A DNA stretch of 64,000 bases. Origin: an uncultured Actinomycetota bacterium. GTDB lineage: Bacteria; Actinomycetota; Actinomycetes; Propionibacteriales; Nocardioidaceae. The translations under genes were made by a program, and so were the position numbers. The notes below the pieces were generated by a model that worked only from the letters and a program-made list of their open reading frames with translations, did no database searches and was not told the DNA's origin. The first letter of the stretch is position 1; each line of letters opens with the position of its first letter. The DNA lies in NCBI GenBank assembly GCA_963782215.1, contig CAWAJE010000001.1:3943-67942 (forward strand), in the 5' to 3' direction. This document shows, one piece after another, positions 60,517 to 64,000 of the stretch.

Positions 60517-61197
60517 GTGAGCAACTCCCGCATTCCCGAGGCGACGGTGGCCCGCCTTCCGGTGTATCTGCGGGCCCTCAACGCCATGGTCGAGGCCGGC
60601 ACGTCCACGTGCTCGAGCCTGGAGCTGGCGACGGCTACCGGCGTGAACAGCGCCAAGCTGCGCAAGGACCTCTCCCACCTCGGCTCCTACGGCACCCGCG
60701 GGGTCGGCTACGACGTGGAGTACCTCCGCTACCAGATCTCGCGTGAGATCGGGCTGACCCAGGACTGGCCGGTCGTGGTCGTCGGGATCGGCAACCTCGG
60801 GCACGCCCTGGCCAACTACTCAGGCTTCTCCTCCCGCGGCTTCCGAACCGTGGCGCTGCTCGACGCCGACCCCAGCAGGCAGGGCGAGGTCGTCGCCGGC
60901 CTGGAGATCCGCGGGTTCGCCGAGCTCGAGGCCGTCGTGGCCGAGCACGGCGTGGGGATCGGCGTGATCGCCACCCCTGCCGTGGCCGCCCAGGACGTCT
61001 GCGACCAGATGGTCGCCGTCGGCATCCGCAGCATCCTGAACTTCGCGCCCACGATCATCTCGGTGCCCGAGGGCGTCGACGTGCGCCGGGTCGACCTCTC
61101 CAGCGAGCTGCAGATCCTGGCCTACCACGAGCAGCGCCGTGCCAGCGACGAGGTCGCGGACCGGCTGCTCGCGACCGATGTCGAGGTGGCCGGATGA
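60517..61197 (+). CDS. rex: redox-sensing transcriptional repressor Rex
   Basis: IPEATVARLPVYLR, LRKDLS..GTRGVGY, GIGNLG, ILNFAP. Confidence 0.97.
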   Translation: MSNSRIPEATVARLPVYLRALNAMVEAGTSTCSSLELATATGVNSAKLRKDLSHLGSYGTRGVGYDVEYLRYQISREIGLTQDWPVVVVGIGNLGHALANYSGFSSRGFRTVALLDADPSRQGEVVAGLEIRGFAELEAVVAEHGVGIGVIATPAVAAQDVCDQMVAVGIRSILNFAPTIISVPEGVDVRRVDLSSELQILAYHEQRRASDEVADRLLATDVEVAG

Positions 61198-62483
61198 GCG
61201 TCCTGGTGGTCGGGATCTCGCACCGCAGCGCCCCGGTCGGGGTGCTGGAGCAGGTCGCGCTCGACGCGAGCGCGGTGCCCAAGCTGGCCCGTGAGGCTGC
61301 GGACACCGAGCACGTCACCGAGGCCACGGTCCTCTCGACCTGCAACCGCACCGAGGTCTACGCCGACGTCGACCGCTTCCACGGCAGCGTCGAGGCGATC
61401 TCGGGACTGCTGGTGGAGCGAGCCGGCTCCGCCGCGGAGGACCTGCTGGGCCACCTCTACGTGCACTACGACGACGCTGCGGTGTCGCACCTGTTCCACG
61501 TCGCCGCCGGGCTGGACTCGATGGTGCTGGGAGAGAGCCAGATCCTCGGCCAGGCGCGTGAGGCGCTGCGCGTGGGGCAGGAGATCGGCACGGTCGGTCC
61601 TGCGCTGAACGTCCTGTTCCAGCAGGCGCTGCGCGTGGGCAAGCGTTCCCACGCCGAGACCGACATCGACCGGGTCGCACCCAGCCTGGTCAGTGCCGCG
61701 CTGGACCGCGCCTCCGCCCACGTGGGTGACCTCGCCGGCAAGAACGTCGTCGTCGTGGGTGCCGGGTCGATGGCCGGCCTCGCCGTGGCCACGGCCTCCC
61801 GTGCCGGCGCCGCCTCGATCCTGGTCGCCAACCGCACCGCCGAGCGCGCCACCCGCCTGGCCACCGAGTACGCCGCCACGGCGATCCCGCTCTCGGCCCT
61901 GGCCGATCACGACCAGCCCGTGGACGTGCTGATCTCCTGCACCGGAGCCGCGGGCGTGGTGATCACCGCCGAGATGCTCACCCGGCGGCGCCGCGACGAC
62001 CGCCCGCTGGCCGTGCTCGACCTCGCCCTGCCGCGCGACGTGGACCCTGCCGTCTCCGCCATGCCGGGGGTGCTGCTCGTCGACCTGAGCACCCTGGCCA
62101 CCGAGCTCGAGGACACCGAGGGTGCCGGCGACGTCGCGGGAGTGCGCACGATCGTCGCCCAGGAGCTCGCGGCCTTCCTGACCGCTCGCCGCAGCCAGAG
62201 CGTCACCCCGACCGTGGTCGCCCTGCGCACGATGGCCACCGGTGTCGTGGAGTCCGAGCTCGAGCGCCTCGTGCAGCGTCTCCCGGACCTGGACCCCGCC
62301 AGCCGCGCCGAGGTGGAGCGGACGATCCGCCGGGTGGCCGAGAAGCTCCTGCACCAGCCCACGGTCCGGGTCAAGCAGCTGGCCAACGACAGCGGCGCGG
62401 TCTCCTACGCCGCCGCGCTCGCCGAGCTGTTCGCGCTGGACCCCGAGGCCGTCGAGGCCGTGACCCGGGTGGAGGGCGTATGA
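61194..62483 (+). CDS. hemA: glutamyl-tRNA reductase
   Basis: GISHRSAP, STCNRTE, GLDSMVLGESQILGQ, GAGSM, DLALPRDV, KLLHQP. Confidence 0.97.
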   Translation: MSVLVVGISHRSAPVGVLEQVALDASAVPKLAREAADTEHVTEATVLSTCNRTEVYADVDRFHGSVEAISGLLVERAGSAAEDLLGHLYVHYDDAAVSHLFHVAAGLDSMVLGESQILGQAREALRVGQEIGTVGPALNVLFQQALRVGKRSHAETDIDRVAPSLVSAALDRASAHVGDLAGKNVVVVGAGSMAGLAVATASRAGAASILVANRTAERATRLATEYAATAIPLSALADHDQPVDVLISCTGAAGVVITAEMLTRRRRDDRPLAVLDLALPRDVDPAVSAMPGVLLVDLSTLATELEDTEGAGDVAGVRTIVAQELAAFLTARRSQSVTPTVVALRTMATGVVESELERLVQRLPDLDPASRAEVERTIRRVAEKLLHQPTVRVKQLANDSGAVSYAAALAELFALDPEAVEAVTRVEGV

Positions 62484-63409
62484 CCGCGCCGATCCGTGTG
62501 GGCACCCGTGCCTCGGTCCTCGCCCGCACCCAGAGCAGCCTGGTCGCCGACGCGCTCACGGCCGCCACCGGACGCGCCACCGAGCTCGTGCTGATCCGCA
62601 CCCAGGGCGACGTGAGCTCGGCTCCGCTGGCCCAGATCGGTGGCACCGGCGTCTTCGTCAGCGCGCTGCGAGAGGCGCTGCTGGCCGACGAGATCGACCT
62701 GGCCGTGCACTCCCTCAAGGACCTGCCCACCACTCCCGACCCGGACATCGAGCTGGCCGCCGTACCTCTGCGCGAGGACCCGCGCGACGTGGTGATCGCG
62801 CGCGACGGACTCACCCTGGGTGAGCTGCCGCCGGGGTCCCGGGTGGGCACCGGCGCACCACGCCGCGTCGCCCAGCTGCAGGCCCTCGGCCTGGGCATCG
62901 AGCTGGTCGGGGTGCGCGGCAACGTCGACACCCGGATCGCGAAGGTGGCCGGCGGGGAGCTGGACGCCGTCGTGCTGGCGCGTGCCGGGCTGGCGCGGTT
63001 GGGCCGGCTGGACGAGGTGACCGAGGTGATCGACCCGATCCAGGTGCTGCCCGCACCGGGTCAGGGCGCCCTGGCCGTGGAATGTCGAGCAGGCAGCGGC
63101 CTGCTCGAGGAGGTACGGGCGGCGCTGGACCACGCGCCGACCCGCGCCTGCGTCGAGGCGGAGCGAGCACTGCTCGCCGATCTCGAAGCAGGATGCTCGG
63201 CGCCCGTGGGCGCGCTAGCAGAAGTTGCGGAAGGTGACCATGGTGACGAACTCTGGATCCGTGCGGTGGCCCTTTCCCCCGACGGCGCGCTCTTCGTGCG
63301 CCGTTCCGCCTCGGGGCCGCTCGACGACGCGATCGGCGTGGGCCAGAAGCTCGCCGCCGAGATGCTCGCCGAGGGTGCAGCAGAACTGATCAACGAACCA
63401 GCGAAGTGA
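62480..63409 (+). CDS. hemC: hydroxymethylbilane synthase (porphobilinogen deaminase)
   Basis: GTRASVLA, TQGD, AVHSLKDLP, RGNVDTR, PAPGQGAL, GCSAP. Confidence 0.97.
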   Translation: MTAPIRVGTRASVLARTQSSLVADALTAATGRATELVLIRTQGDVSSAPLAQIGGTGVFVSALREALLADEIDLAVHSLKDLPTTPDPDIELAAVPLREDPRDVVIARDGLTLGELPPGSRVGTGAPRRVAQLQALGLGIELVGVRGNVDTRIAKVAGGELDAVVLARAGLARLGRLDEVTEVIDPIQVLPAPGQGALAVECRAGSGLLEEVRAALDHAPTRACVEAERALLADLEAGCSAPVGALAEVAEGDHGDELWIRAVALSPDGALFVRRSASGPLDDAIGVGQKLAAEMLAEGAAELINEPAK

Positions 63410-63422
63410 CAAGAAGGCGACT

Positions 63423-64000
63423 GTGACCAAGACGAAGACGACCAGCACCTCCACGCCTACGAGCACGCCCACCGGCGCTCGCCCGGTGAGGTGGGTGTCC
63501 TTCGTGGGCAGTGGGCCCGGGGACCCGGGCCTGCTCACGCTGCGCGCCGTCGAGCTCCTCCGCGAGGCCGACGTCGTGATCACCGAGGTGCCCGGGCACG
63601 AGGAGCTCGTCCGCTCGGTCCTCGGCCTGCCGCCGGTGCAGCACCTCGACCCCTCCGAGGAGGGCGCCGAGCCCGTGGCGGTGGCGCAGGTCGGCCCGCT
63701 CTTCGTCGACGGCGGCTTCGGCGAGGACGGCCAGCCCCTGACCCACGCGGCCCGCGCGAAGGTCGTGGTCAGGCAGGCCAAGACCGGCAAGCGCGTGGTC
63801 CGGCTGATGTCGGGCGACCCCTTCGTCTACGCCTCCGGGCCCGAGGAGGCCCAGGCGTGCACCAAGGCCGACATCGGCTTCGAGATCGTCCCCGGCGTGT
63901 CCTCGGTGACTGCCGTCCCGGCGTACGCCGGCATCCCGCTGACCACCAAGAACCACCGTGAGGTGGCCGTGGTGACCTGCAACGACGTGCGCATCGACTG
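63423..64000 (+). CDS. hemD: uroporphyrinogen-III C-methyltransferase/synthase fusion (CobA/HemD), runs off the window edge
   Basis: Own translation from GTG 63423: ...VSFVGSGPGDPGLLTLRA...VVRLMSGDPF...FEIVPGVSS..AVPAYAGIPLT. Confidence 0.85.
   Translation, partial: MTKTKTTSTSTPTSTPTGARPVRWVSFVGSGPGDPGLLTLRAVELLREADVVITEVPGHEELVRSVLGLPPVQHLDPSEEGAEPVAVAQVGPLFVDGGFGEDGQPLTHAARAKVVVRQAKTGKRVVRLMSGDPFVYASGPEEAQACTKADIGFEIVPGVSSVTAVPAYAGIPLTTKNHREVAVVTCNDVRID

Overview
High-GC actinobacterial chromosome segment. Gene order and protein style suggest Nocardioidaceae (Nocardioides-like); this is inference. The backbone is the conserved actinobacterial block hpt-ftsH-folEPBK, panG-panC-panD-nadB-nadC-coaX, lysS-lsr2, clpC, mutY, disA-radA, ppx, putB-proC-acuC, Rv0500A-like/bS22/epimerase/acyltransferase, rsbN-bldN-like, HAD, rex-hemA-hemC-hemD. 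Two accessory inserts interrupt it. (1) A ~15 kb cell-wall polymer locus (7.1-21.8 kb) holds two TagF-type polyol-phosphate polymerases, a Bcs1-type fused CDP-ribitol synthase, a GT4, a pyruvyltransferase-GT8 fusion, an O-acyltransferase and a methyltransferase. All three GT-A-like domains in it have lost the DxD motif. It is a candidate pathway for a pyruvylated, glycosylated ribitol teichoic acid. (2) A small insert between lsr2 and clpC holds an unannotated 52-aa Cys/His microprotein and a broken two-component system. Non-coding signals: a candidate switch-like RNA leader upstream of panG, AT-enriched synonymous codons in lysS next to lsr2, a perfect 44-bp palindrome after clpC, ClgR/SigR/Rex/BldN-type sites, and pervasive leaderless promoters. 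Three genes look disrupted (mutY, a response regulator, an acyltransferase), and assembly error cannot be excluded. No rRNA, tRNA, CRISPR, integrase or transposase was seen.
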